In this document: positions 12,000-25,290 of the stretch, in pieces
Layout of the letters: every line of letters begins with the position of its first letter
How positions within the stretch are numbered: the stretch's first letter is position 1
Source: Octopus bimaculoides
Taxonomy: Eukaryota
Assembly (NCBI RefSeq): GCF_001194135.2
Contig: NC_068982.1
Location: forward strand, 55,681,964 to 55,745,963
DNA: 64,000 nucleotides
Reading direction: 5' to 3'
The notes under the pieces: model-generated
The model's database searches: none
What the model saw: the letters and a program-made list of their open reading frames with translations, nothing else
Told to the model about the DNA's origin: nothing
Made by a program: the position numbers and the translations under genes

Positions 12000-14800
12000 T
12001 CATTTTAATATTGTTTTTATTTGATAGTGAGATATCGGCATGCTGGTATGATATCTATCAGTAATCATCTTGCTCATCTGTCATCTCTTATGTCAAGTGT
12101 AATATCTTGAGATCTGATCTCACTATAACTTTTCTTGTCTTGCTCAGTTTTCCTCTCCTATAGGAACCCTGACAACATCCAGTAACATTCATGATGTAGT
12201 AGGACTGCATATTTTATATGTCTGCTGTGTTCATCTGACTCCGCTTGATGAACACAGCATTTAAATTGGTTGTATCCAAATATTATTCTATCTGTTTTAT
12301 ACTCAAACTAGCCAGACCTGGCCTCTCACACCTACCCTACAATGTCATTCTAAAAATATACAATCACATTATCAACATTTTGGAGTGATTAGATGATGTA
12401 TGATTAATTCAAAACTATGTGAATAAATAAGCATTATATTTGATAAAATAATTTGAATGCTAAAGGATTAACCCAGCCACCAGTTTGATGTAGGGGTTGG
12501 CTTATGCATTTGAGCAAATCTTCTGGAAGTAAAGAACATCATAAAACTATAGCATTATTAGGATGAGTGCTTTACTGTGGGACTTTATTTGTGAACTTGA
12601 GCCAATACTTACTAGATACATTATATACATGGCCGCTTTAGTTCTAATACAGATATGAAATGTCACTATAAGCACAATCACTTCTGAATACTTTGGCTAA
12701 TGTCTTTGATATCTAATTGCACTTCACATCTGCTCAGCCGCTCATATATTTCAGACCAAATGGATAATTTTTACCTAATTTCTCTCCAGATTTGCTACCC
12801 ATGTCTTATTAGCATATGGCATTACAATTTTTATACATGGTTCATATAGTTCACCTTCTGCACAAAGAAAGAAGCCCTATTATTTTAACAATAGAAGCAA
12901 CAAGTATCTAAACCCTTCTATCTTTACTTTAGTTAAAGCTCTTGCTGGATTCACCTGTCAGTTTCACATATTTCACTGCAGTTTTTGTGTACCGGTTGCT
13001 TGCACTGATTATTTTAGTATCAAGTTTCTGCTTACTTACTTCCTACTGAGCAATAACACAAGGGATTTGTGCTCTCTCTTACTTACTAGCACTTTGGTTG
13101 TCACCATTGTAACTTCTAGGCCTTTTGATTCTAGGCTGTGTTTCCTGATTTTAAGCTTTTTCTGCAACTCTTCAGCAAATATTGATATCAGAACTAGGTT
13201 ATCAACCCCTAAAAGCTCACAAATACAATAGTCATAAGTTACAGTTTCAAAGACTACACTAAATGGAAGGGTGTTGTGACTGGAACCTTAGTGGTCACCC
13301 TCACTGCCAATTCTTGGTAACAGAAGGTTCACATGTAGTTTGTGTGACTTCCACAAGCCATCCATTTACACTTAATTTTCTTAGATCACAGAGCGAGGAA
13401 TCCTGTCAAAAGATCTCGTTGGACTTATAAAATGTAAACAAGTGTAATTTATTCTAAAAATTTCTCTTGTAGTTGGCTTAATATAGCATCATTAGTGCTA
13501 CCAGCCATTGTATGATGATGGGAATATTGCAAGAGAGACAGTGTCTCTTATCAGCTCGTAGCACACCCTGTCTGGTTTCTATGACTGAAGAGGTGATAAC
13601 TATTCTGAAATGCTTGCCTCTCACAGTCTGGGTAGATGAATCTGCAAGCTGATTTTATTGTGTGTACACCTGTCTGTCTACAGTGAGAAATTTTCTCCAT
13701 GACAAAACACAGTGAATGGCTTTCTTATGGGTTTGAATATACCCTGAGCATATTTGAACTGGTAATAGCCTTGTATTTATAAATATCACTGCTTAGTGTT
13801 GCCACCCCACTATAGCATTGATGACTCCATGAAAGAAGGGAAGTCAGCTGCTTAGTGAAGATAGTTTCCCTTATGTGCTAAAGCTATTGGTTCATAGAAG
13901 TGTTTTTCCTTTTCTCCCCATCATTTGCTGCTGCTAGAACAGCCTTTCCTCTAATATACTTGTTAGTTATGTACTCCAGTTTATCCTTCCAATCAGACTA
14001 ATCTACACATCTGTTTCTCTTCACAGTATCCTTACCATGTCTTATATCCCAGATATTACACTAAACTCTTTAGTCACACTCTCCACAGCTGCTACACTCT
14101 GAGATCTCTCTCTTCTCACATTTGTTTCTGCAGGCATCAGCCTACAGGGTTCAAATTGAATATCAATCATGTAGATTGGTATTCATTGCATTAGGTCATA
14201 GACTTTCCCCTCATCCATTAACTAAAAACCCTAACTTCATCTTCTCCAGGCTAACTCTATCTTAAACTAACTCTCACAGTTACTGTCAATTTTTAATCTA
14301 TCAGTTTGAAGCCTCAGTGATTTTACTTTCCCCATGGCAGCAGTATTGTTTGTGTAGCAGTTACAAAGTTTATTTCTTAATGCTTTTTATTCATACAAAC
14401 ACAGAGTTTTGTGATATGGGACAGTTCAAAGTGTATTCCCTGCTCTCTGTTCTTCTCTCTCTTCAATCTAGCTACATATAACAGCTTGCTTCTACCTAGC
14501 TCTTGATGTTGCTCCTTTCTAAGCCACTTTCTTGTTTCCAAGCCTGTTATTGAACTCTTATAGTCTTATATACTGCATTATCATTTACTGTCTAGCTGGA
14601 GCCCTAATCCATTCACAGAACAAATTGTTCTTTAAGAATAACCAGCTGTTCTCTATCTTATAATTCTTATATTTTTCTCTATCATTATAAGTATCAGTTC
14701 AACCCTGCAGTGAAATCTTTTTATCTATACCTTCATTCTCCTCTTTTGTTCCCAAATCTGCCTCAACCACAACCTAAAATGGCTAACCAGTAATGTATAG
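12000..14800 (-). pseudogene. Highly degenerate RTE-clade LINE reverse transcriptase, interrupted by MITEs
   Basis: Minus-strand DNLVLISIFAEELQKKLKIRKHSLESKGLEVTMVTTKVLVS (~13080-13210) matches the RTE (Y)ADDLVL...L..KGL.VN..KTKV block. Weaker upstream and downstream RT remnants. Boundaries are approximate. Confidence 0.6.
13490..13810. repeat. ~300-bp interspersed repeat/MITE; second copy at ~15770-16100
   Basis: Shared gagagac-gt-tctcttatcagct...gtctacagtgagaaattttctccatgacaaaa-cagtgaatgg. The end of this copy (ataaatatcactgcttagtgttgccacc) is the reverse complement of the start of the second copy, suggesting TIRs. Confidence 0.6.
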
Positions 14801-17184
14801 TGAGGGATTCATTCTTCATAATTGAGGGATTGTGTTCACATCATTGATTTCTTTCTATTTCCAGATAAGAACAAAGTTGTCAGTTGGTTGGCTATCTTTC
14901 TGAAGTCGATATTGAAAATGGCAACATGATTTCCTTTAGAGAATTCAAGAGTCTCGATCCCCCTTCATATTGTGTGCTACATAGCTTTCATGCAGACAAG
15001 TGTACTTGTCCTGTTGTTTCCTGACCCATAATGACAATATTGTCACTAGCTTTCAGTGCAGCCTACTGTTTACTGTATTTTCCAGAATACAAATCAACAT
15101 GATATATAGTGTAAACATTCAAACATTGTCACTGTCTTTCCAAATCTTTCTGCATTTCATATGGAATTTTTGGTTCTCCAAAGTTGTCTTGGTGTATAAG
15201 TTGACCTACCTTTTTTTTTTTTTGGCTGTAAATTTTGGTCTGGAAAATTCAACTTGTATGCTGAAAATACAGTGCTTTGCCCATTACTTATCTAAGTTTA
15301 ATTATTTTATCAGTTATCTTGACTGCTCTGGTGTTTACACCTACTATATCAGAGGTATTACTCATTCATAAAATTTATACTTATGTTATTTATCTGTGAG
15401 GAGTCTAACTGAATCACCCTGCCATATCATTTTTTGCATACAGCACATACATCACCCTTACACCTCAGCAGCCTCACCAGTCCCTATCTTTCATCATGCC
15501 ATCATTATTAGTGGGGATAAAATTCAAAATCAGAAAATGAGTTGTTACTATTAGTTTTACCTGATGATGCTTGAAGAGAGAATACTAACCTTCCTATATG
15601 CTGTTTTGATGTAATAGATGTTAATCCTGTTAATGCAATTAATGTTACAAATCAGTATCCTGTGTTTTATAGCTAATTGGCAGGAATTGCTTGACCAGAT
15701 GTCCTTTCGGCTGTGAGCCCTATTAGAGTAAACTAAATATATTTATTGTATCATTGGCTCTAGAGATATTACGAGGTGGGAGCACTAAGCAGTGATATGT
15801 ATAAATGCAATGTTATTACTGGTTATTACAGTGAGCTGATGTATGACTGAAATAACATAAGAGAGACTGTCTCTCTTATCAGCTTGCAGCATCCTGTCCA
15901 GTTTCTGTGACTCAAGAGGAGATAACCACTCCAAAATACTTGCATCTCACAGTCTGGATAGGTGGCACTGTGAGCTGATTTAAGTGTATTTACACCATTT
16001 GTCTACAGTGAGAAATTTTCTCCATGACAAAATTCAGTGAATGGTTTGTTTATAAGTTTGAATTTGTTACTGGCATATTCAAACTTTCAAACTAGTAATA
16101 ACTACACTAGAGATATTGTTTTGTAAGATGAAGAGCCCTCTCTACCCTGAATCAGTTTTAATTCAGATTAGCTGCTCAATTGACACTGAAAAAGAAAGAG
16201 GCATAGAAGTGTTACTATGAGAGGCTGATGAATGTGGAGAATGCATAGGATAGAAGGAGTCTACTCAAAGAGATTCCAGCAAATCCATGTCGACCACGTT
16301 ACAGCGGATAAAGGGATTAAGAATATGAAAATAGGGAAAGCAGCTTGTCCATTAGGGATAGTTGCTGTGATACGTAAAATATCTGATGAAGTAGGGCAGT
16401 AGCTTATGGGACCACATCTCTCTTGTGTTTTAAGATATAAATTCCCTTTACATCAATGAGTTTCTTTCAAGTGTCCAAAGTTTTAAACGGGTTGCCTTTA
16501 CTGAAGTTAAAAAAAAAAGCTCTCTTTTTACTGGTATAGTGACTGGAAGTAAACAGGCACTAGAAAGCTTTAAAATGTCATTTCTTTAGCAAGAAGGAGA
16601 CTTTAGCTGTGAACTAGGTTGCCTAGCAGCAAAAATAGAAGGGTGGGTGTTTTTGAACTTTAACACATAATGAAATGCCAAAATCATGAAGGTCATTATA
16701 TTCATAGAACCTTAGGAAAAATAAAGAGATTTTAAAGGTAAAAATTGCTACAGATTTTAACATATGAATAAACAACTATTTGATTAGAAAGGAATGATGG
16801 AAAGTTTATTTTTTTCATACAATGATTTAGTTGTGGACTGCTTTTGTAGTTATGAGAACAGAGAAGGAGAGAGAGAGAGGGAGAGAGAAGACTGAGTGTC
16901 ATCTACCATAGTGTAACCTTTAACCTTTAAGCTTGTAGGGGAGTCAGTTGTGTTGCAGGCTCTTCATATCTAGGAGGTCTGGTTATTGCATGTTTGAATG
17001 GTATTTGACATGACTGTGTTCTGTTCTTGCTGCTTGTCAGTTAAATTTCAGTGATCTGGTCTGTTTTCTTTCACTTTATATTGGGACAGGTTGATTATCA
17101 TCAATAAGTTTGATCGTTCAAATCAAAAAATGACGTTATCAAGTGAATTCATAAAACTTAACGATCATTTAGTTTATATATGTA

Positions 17185-17226
<42 letters not shown>

Positions 17227-18079
17227 AAAAAAAAATGAGTCTCAGGTTCAAATTGAAGCAGAGATATTCTACAGGATTAACTAAAAAGATTGACTCATCT
17301 GTGCAATATCTGAATACATGTGTGTGTGTATACACATATGCATGCATGTATGTATGTATACACAACACACACACACACACACATATATATATGCACAGGT
17401 ATGTATAAATACATGTACACACCTATGTATATGTCTGCATATGTAAATATACATGTGGCTGTGTGTGTAAATCCATATATATATTGTATTTGTGTAGGCA
17501 CCCATGCCAGTCACACGTAAGACTCTGTGAAGTGGTTGGCATTAAGAAGGGCATCCAGCCATAGAAACCAAACCAAAACAGACTGGAACCTGGTACAACT
17601 CTCTGGCTTACCAGCTCCAGTCAAACCATCTTATCCATGCCAGCATGGAAAACAGATGCTAAATGATGATGATAGTGATGTGTATGTGTGTGTGTATTAG
17701 TGAATAATTGGAAGCATGAACCTCACTTATGATTCTAGTTATACCAGCTCTCAATATGATAAATATATATATATATGTATGAATGTGGTCAAGCAGTTTA
17801 CTTCAAAATCACATGGTTTCACATTTGGACCTGTTGTGTGTCACATCATCTTTAATCTTAGGTTTGCCAATACATTTTGAGTAGAATACGGTAAATGGAA
17901 ATCACAGAAAGCATTATTGCTTATAATTAGGAATGGGATTAACCTGGGTGAGATGTAGTTTTGCTTTATGTCAGGAATTGTTACCTCTAGTGCTATATTC
18001 CTAGCAAGACAACCGCAAGAGAAGTACTTAGCTAGGAATAAGTCCCTGTACCTACCATTCATTAACCTGCGCGAGGCCT

Positions 18080-18720
18080 CACTCTGTTATCTGGTGTTTT
18101 TAGGGTAGACAAATGACTAGTAAAGGCTGTTCAAGTTCTAGCAAGGTTAGAGTTAGCAATGAGTTCAGCAATGAATTTAACATGCAGGAAAGAGTTCAAC
18201 ATGGTTCAGTCCTTAGCCTTCTCCTGTTTATTGTAATTCTCCAAGCCATTACAGGGGAGTTTAAGATCAAATCTCTGCGGGAACTCCTGTATGTTGATGA
18301 CCTAGTTGTTATAGCAGAATCTGTGGAAGATTTGGGGAAGAAATTCCTGATGTTGAAACAAATTAGAATTGAAAGGTCTTAAAGTAGACTTAGCAATGAC
18401 TAAAATTTTAGTAAATCTGAAAGTAGTTACAACCCTGCTATCATCAGGAAAGTGGTTGTTCTTGTTACGCAGAAAGGAAGTAGGTAGAAATTTCTTGTAT
18501 TGTGTCCAATGTAAACAATGGAGGCACAAGAGGGATGTGGTGGGATCACAGTTAGTGTAATAGAAAAGGTAGAGTTTATATGCAGCAGATGCATGAGTGC
18601 AGTAAAGACTGAGCATATGGGTAATACATTCTTTCAAAGGGCTGAAGGATTCCTAGAAGTACTTCATAGCTTCTGTTTGCTAGACAATCTAATTAGCAGT
18701 TAGAATGAGTATAATTTTTG
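18080..18720 (+). pseudogene. RTE-clade LINE RT fragment with a Cys-rich (PHD-like) insert
   Basis: RVQHGSVLSLLLFIVILQAI...ELLYVDDLVVIAES, KGLKVDLAMTKILV, then CVQCKQWRHKR.CGGI...FICSRC across frameshifts. Confidence 0.8.
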
Positions 18721-18805
18721 CAATTACAGGAAAAAATTCTGGACTTATTTCAGTCTTATTCTGACCTCATTAGTGATGAATGGCTTTTACCATTCCTGCT
18801 CAAGT

Positions 18806-19190
18806 TGTTTGCACTCCGTCGCTTACGACGTCGAGGGTTCCAGTTGATCCAATCAACGGAACAGCCTGCTCGTGAAATTAACGTGCAAGTGGCTGAGCAC
18901 TCCACAGACACGTGTACCCTTAACGTAGTTCTCGGGGAGATTCAACATGACACAGTGTGACAAGGCTGACCCTTTGAATTACAGGCACAACAGAAACAGG
19001 AAGTAAGAGTGAGAGAAAGTTGTGGTGAAAGAGTACAGCAGGGTTCGCCACCATCTCCTGCGGGAGCCTCGTGGAGCTTTAGGTGTTTTCGCTCAATAAA
19101 CACTCACAACACCCGGTCTGGGAATCGAAACCGCAATCTTATGACCGCGAGTCCGCTGCCCTAACCACTGGGCCATTGCACCTCCACTCT
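18806..19190 (-). mobile_element. Young, CpG-rich tRNA-derived SINE
   Basis: Minus-strand head tggcccagtggttagggcagcggactcgcggtcataagattgcggtttcgattcccagacc. 9-bp TSD tgctcaagt at 18797-18805 and 19191-19199. Confidence 0.85.
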
Positions 19191-20073
19191 TGCTCAAGTA
19201 ATAATTTGCAAAATCACAAAGTAAATTTGAAAGATTGTACATTGGTTGGTGTAGGAGAATAGAACTGCTTAGTGCAATAACTCAGATAAACACAAACTGC
19301 TTGAAAAATAGTGGGACATATTAGTTGATATATTAGTTAGAAGTCCTTCTACAATGTAACTACAACAGCAAGACACATTCATGTGAAATAGGAATGTTAT
19401 TTGTGTGCATTCTTTTAATTCTATTTGCAAAAAGAAAAGAATTTTATTTCATATTTTGTGGCATTTAATCAGTTGTTAATGATGTCTTGTTGAAACATTT
19501 TTCTGAGTTATTTTTGTAATTTTTTATTTTATATTTTTATATTAGGATTCAAATATATTTCAAGATTTTGAAATATAGAAATATGCAATATCTTTCAAGT
19601 ATTTTTACTATTAATGACGCCTAGGTTTTTCAGAAAATATACTTTAAGTCTTGGCTGTGTGGTTAAGAAGTTTGCTTCCCAACCACTTGCTTTTGGGTTC
19701 AGTCACATTGTGAGGCACTTTGAGCAAGTATATTCTACTATACACTTAGCTGACTAAATTCTTTGTGAGTGGATTTGATTGATATACAGACATATGTACT
19801 CACACACACATACACATATGTGGAGGCTCATGGCTTAGTGGACTCATAAGTGCAAGATTGTGGTTTCAGTTCCAGGACTGGGTGATGATTTGTGTTCTTG
19901 AGCAAAACACTTCATTTCATGTCGCACCAGTCCACTCAGCTGGCAGAAATGAGTAATCCTGCGACTAACTAGCATCCTATCCAGTGCAGATGTATGCACC
20001 AAGGAAACTGAAAAGATGTCCCTATGAGTCTATATATGACTCTGAAAGGATCTTTATTATTATATTTATTATT

Positions 20074-20133
<60 letters not shown>

Positions 20134-20658
20134 AGTAAGGCATGTGTAAAATTTGAATGAAATTGTTTGTGTAGTTCTGGGGTTTTAGNNNNNNNNNNNN
20201 NNNNNNNNNNNNNNNNNNNNNNNNNNNNNNNNNNNNNNNNNNNNNNNNNNNNNNNNNNNNNNNNNNNNNNNNNNNNNNNNNNNNNNNNNNNNNNNNNNNN
20301 NNNNNNNNNNNNNNNNNNNNNNNNNNNNNNNNNNNNNNNNNNNNNNNNNNNNNNNNNNNNNNNNNNNNNNNNNNNNNNNNNNNNNNNNNNNNNNNNNNNN
20401 NNNNNNNNNNNNNNNNNNNNNNNNNNNNNNNNNNNNNNNNNNNNNNNNNNNNNNNNNNNNNNNNNNNNNNNNNNNNNNNNNNNNNNNNNNNNNNNNNNNN
20501 NNNNNNNNNNNNNNNNNNNNNNNNNNNNNNNNNNNNNNNNNNNNNNNNNNNNNNNNNNNNNNNNNNNNNNNNNNNNNNNNNNNNNNNNNNNNNNNNNNNN
20601 NNNNNNNNNNNNNNNNNNNNNNNNNNNNNNNNNNNNNNNNNNNNNNNNNNNNNNNNNN

Positions 20659-20689
<31 letters not shown>

Positions 20690-20693
<4 letters not shown>

Positions 20694-21180
20694 CACCTCA
20701 TCATCATCATCGTTTAACATCTGTTTTCCATGCTGGCGTGGGTTGGACGGTTTGACTGGAGACTGGCAAACCACGTGGTTGCACCAGGCTCCAATCTCAT
20801 CTGGCAATGTTTCTACAGCTGGATACCCTTCTTAATGCCAACCACTCCTAGAGTGTAGTGGGCGCCTTTTACGTGCCACTGGCACGGGAGCCAGTCAAGT
20901 GGTACTGCATCGGCCATGTTCGGATGGTGCTTTTTACACACTACCGGCACAAGAGCCAGTTGAGACATTGGGGCTGGCATCGGCCACATTCGGATGGTGT
21001 ATTTTATGTGCCACCAGCACTGGGAGCCAGTCAAGTGACTCTGGCAGTGACCCATGCATGGCCGAATGGTGCTTACTGTGTGCCACCAGCACTGGTAACC
21101 ACCACAACTACAATTTCCATTTGATTGTGATTTGATTTGATTTTGATTTACTTGACTCAATAGGTCTCCTCAATACATAC
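20690..21180 (-). repeat. RTE 3'-UTR/tail repeat with internal ~60-70-bp tandem units. Family copies at ~2190-2450, ~8580-8700, ~17500-17680, ~26960-27210, ~36690-36960, ~40290-40460, ~45130-45310, ~45440-45580, ~52530-52870 and ~55590-55670
   Basis: Conserved gtggttggcattaggaagggcatccagc...ccaacccatgccagcatggaaa...gttaaa(tga)n. At 26870-27210 the same tail directly follows an RTE C-terminus. Confidence 0.75.
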
Positions 21181-21189
21181 ACATATATA

Positions 21190-21916
21190 CAGGGTGTGTA
21201 AGATATTTGAAGACAGATTTATGTTTATAAATAAATAGATATATAATAATAGATAATAACTTTATTTCTCAAAAAAATGCTATGAGGATAAAAATAAACC
21301 TTCTTTTCTATAATGTTATTCAATAAAGCCACATTCAGCTGCAACAACTGCTTCTATATGAGATCTAAATCACCTACATCCTCGAATCAAGTGGTCCTGG
21401 TTCATTTTGGACATTACTCTGACCATGGCAGCTTTCAAAGAATCTTTGGTGTAATGGGCGTGTTCATTGACCTCTCTCTCAACAATGCTCCACATGTAAT
21501 TGTCCAATGGATTGAGATCTGGGGAATTAGGAGGCGAAATGTTAAGGGTTATGTGATCATGAAAATGTTCAGCCATCCATTCCTGTGTTACTAGAGCTAT
21601 GTGTGATAGTGCAGAGTCCTACTGAAACACATATGGCCTTCCATTGCATACACTGTCTATCCAGGGCTTAACAATTGTTCCCAGAACCTCAATGTAGGTG
21701 GCAGAGTTAACTCTAAGGACTTGTGGAAAGAAGTAAGGAGGCATCACATGTCCTTCATTGCTGACAACCCCTAAAACCATGACAGTTGCAGGAAATTTTG
21801 TATGCATAACACTTGGAACTTCAGAAGGGTCTGCACATAACCATCTGTCATTTCTTCTGTTAACTTTTTGATCTTGGTTGAAGTTTTTCTTGCTTGAGAA
21901 AAACCAAATCAGATCT
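21190..21916 (-). mobile_element. 3' half of a DD37D (maT-like) element
   Basis: TA|cagggtgtgtaagatatttgaagacag TIR. Peptides HTKFPATVMVLGVVSNEGHVMPP and PPNSPDLNPLDNYMW. Confidence 0.88.
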
Positions 21917-23639
21917 TTTTAATCTCTACAATTGTTTCCACACAATGTTTTTCTCTAAAAATACAGGTATTTGATTATGCAACTGTTTGTTTGCATAATG
22001 AGATCTTCGACTACAAGGCCATCCTATCTGTCCATCTTGTTTTAAATTTAGCAGTTGTTGGTAAATTCATGTTGTTTACTGCCAGAGTGCATTTGGTGCA
22101 CTGCTATGACTGGTAGTGGATGTCTATTTTGGTAGTGGCTGATTACTGACCTGTTCTTCATTAGCTGACCATCAGTATTCAGTAGTCAGATATATACATA
22201 CATACACACTCACACACAGATACTCATACATGCCCTCCCACACACAAACTTATGTATATATGCCTATATACATGCACATGCTCATATATACATTCATACA
22301 CATACATTCACATACATACGTGTATACACATCCATACATTTATGCATATATACATACATATATAAACATATGCATGCATATATACATACACTGATCAACT
22401 TATGCACCTATATATACACCCTCTCACATATGTGGGAATACACATATGTATATATTAAAGGAGCACTCCATCAGTTACGACAATGAGGGTCCCAGCTGAT
22501 ACAATCTATGGAACAGCTTGCTTGTGAAATTTTCATACAGGTGGCTGAGTGCTCCACAGACAGGTGTACCCTCAACGTCGTTTTCAGGGAGATTAAGGCA
22601 TCACACAAATTGCGACAAGGCTGGCTCTTTGAAATACAGATACTACTCATTTTTGCCAGCTGAGTGAACTGGAGCGATGTGAAATAAAGAGTCTTGCTCA
22701 AGGACACAACATGTCGCTGAGAATTGAACCTACGACCTTACAATTGTGTGCCAAATGTCCTAACCACTAAGCCTCCACACACACATTTATGTATGTAGAT
22801 ATACATATATGTATATGTATGTATGTATGTATGTATGTATATGTAATTATATATAAGTATATATAATTCAGACAGTATTATGTTTGATAGCATAAGGTAA
22901 TAGGTACATGCCATTAGTACTCAGGTTGCCTGTTTATACCTTTATTCTGTTATTTGTCTGTCTGTCTGTCTGTCTTATATTATATGTATGTGTGTGTTTG
23001 TGTCACCTTGTTTTGGTATTGCACAATAATTTCAAGCAAATGTTGCCATCATTCAACTGTTCCATAGAAACATGTCTGACCACGAGGAAATATTAACCTG
23101 ATTGGAAACAGGTGTGGTTGAGGTTGGTGTCTGGAAGATACATCTGGCCATACATAATCTGCCTCAAGAAATTCTGTCCAACTCATGCAAGTATAGAAAA
23201 ATGAACGTTTACCAAAAAAAAAAAAAAACAGTGTTAAACATAATGTAAGATGTTGAACTTGAAGCTAGCTCAGTACTATGTTATATAAGTGGAACTACAG
23301 TAGTATCATTGATATTATATCCTCTGGTAAGGCAGTGAGCTAGCAGAATCATTAGCACAGCGGGCAAAATACTCAGCGGCATTTCGTCCATCTTCATGTT
23401 CTGAGTTCAAATTCTGCTGAGGTTGACTTTACCTTTCATCCTTTCGGGGTTGATAAAATAAGTACCAGCTGAATACTAGGGTTGATGTAATCGACTTTCC
23501 CACTTCTTTGAAATTGCTGGCCTTGTGCCAAAATTTGAAATCAGTATTATGTCCTCTGGTCAAAACTAATTTTTGTTAGTAATGCTTTCTTCTACTTTTG
23601 TTTGCCTTTTTTGCTATACCCTATGCGTTGCTATTAAGG

Positions 23640-24645
23640 GCTGCTGATTTCTTTCTTATTCTTGTCACCCCAGCATGTACTGAATGGGTTTACTGCTTAG
23701 TGCTGCTAGGCAAGAATGAGAAATAGTGTTGTGAAGACCAAGACATTGTCCTCTCAAGAAAGTCTTCTTGGTACACTCTACATATTAGTAGAATATCACT
23801 GTCCTATTCCCAACTCTTTTCAATTTTGTCCTCTTGACTTTGCCAACAACATTACCATCCTAGGGGAGTCCTATGGTGACATCCAATATGCTCTTGTTGG
23901 GCTAAGCCTCACTGCCACACGAGTTGGAATGAAGATCAATGCCTTGGAAATGAAGGTCCTCTCAGCCAACATATGTTCCTCCTCCAGGGCACTAGTGATC
24001 TTGATGGAGAGGCTGTGGAAGAGGTTAAGGAGTTCAAATATCTCTGATCCACCTTTACTGCCACTGGTAAATCATGTAAAGTCGGTCTTCTGCCACTTCC
24101 ACAAGTGCTTGTAGCCACATTGGGAAATCCGCCTTGTGATGAAATACCGTATTTACCAGGCGCTTGTCTGAATGGTTCTTCTTTATTCATGATGCTGATC
24201 TCCAGAAGCTGGAGGCCTTTGATCACTTCTGTATTCATTGTCTTCTCCAATTGCATATCTCAGACTGCATTTTGAACTGACAACTTTACATTTACTGTGG
24301 TCTCTCACTTCTTGAAGGAACTCTTTTGACAAGGAGGCTACCGTGGTTTGGTCATGTGTTGTGGTGCACCCATAATAAACTCATCTAGAAGGTGACCAGA
24401 TCTTCCCCTGGGTTGGCATAAGCAGAGAGTTGTCAGCTGAAGACATGGCTCACAACAGTCAAAGCAGATATGGAGCTTGTTTCCAGCCCTTGAGTCTTTA
24501 GCATTCATTGCTGGAATTGGGAAATTGCTGCAACACACTGCAGAATCGGCTGCCAACAGATGTGCATGAACTACTTTGACCCACAGCACACTGAACTCAG
24601 TAGGAGCCAACTTAACCCCTCCCAGGTGAATGCTGTTACAAGACA
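23640..24645 (+). pseudogene. 5'-truncated RTE-clade LINE (RT C-terminal half and tail)
   Basis: LDFANNITILGES...ATRVGMKINALEMKVL, DGEAVEEVKEFKYL, KLEAFDHFC and PWFGHVLW. Ends gtgaatgctgttacaagacaag. Confidence 0.78.
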
Positions 24646-25290
24646 AGAGAACATCACTGAGACAAGTGGAGAAGTATTAGTATTTTGGGGCAGTAGTCAT
24701 AAGCGAAGGAAGTCAGGAGGCTGAAATGGATGCCAGAATTCTGGTGCTGGTACAATAATGTGCCAGGTCCAGCAATCAATCCTCAGTGGAGGAGAGGTTA
24801 GTAAAAATGCCAAACTCACTATTTTCTGTTCTGTTTCCGTGCTTACCTACACATATGGTCATAAGTGTTGGGTAATGACCAAGAGTACAATCACAAATAC
24901 AAGTGGCTGAAATGGAGTTCCTCTAGAGGATCTCTGGATTAACATTACTTGATAGGGTGTATAGCTCAGAGATCAAAGAGTTTCTCCAGGTTGAACTGCT
25001 ACTTCTCCACATTGAGAGGTCACAACCCCGGTACTAGAGATGTGATTAGAATGTTGCAGGAAAGAATTGCAAGACAGAGTCTTCAAGTCAAGTTAACTGG
25101 CAGGAGACCTAGGGGTAGATCAAAAACGAAATGGTTGAATAATATCCATAGTCTCAGTTAGTCATGCTTGGATATCCAGCTGGAGACTATAATGTTTGTT
25201 TCTGATAGGACCTTATGGAGAGGTACCTGAGGACCCTACCCCCATCACCCTCCCAGGAACAGTGGGCAGAGAAAATGACTGGCTGGTTGG
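24646..25290 (+). pseudogene. Second, distinct RTE-clade LINE 3' fragment abutting the first
   Basis: QVEKY*YFGAVVISEGSQEAEMDARI, TYGHKCWVMT and GRRPRGRSKTKWLNNI. Confidence 0.7.

Noticed and set aside
12223-12259. 13-bp perfect hairpin (also a 15-bp AT-rich hairpin at 56299-56334 and a 16-bp imperfect one at ~10110-10143)
   Set aside because: The stems are too short for pre-miRNAs, and such hairpins are expected by chance in AT-rich sequence or at TE junctions.
15525-15595. cctgatgatgcttgaagagagaatac as a hammerhead ribozyme core
   Set aside because: It has CTGATGA but no GAAA after a pairable stem II.
18806-19190. Functional tRNA genes at SINE heads
   Set aside because: The A/B boxes run directly into SINE bodies with TSDs, and I could not build a complete cloverleaf with an acceptor stem.
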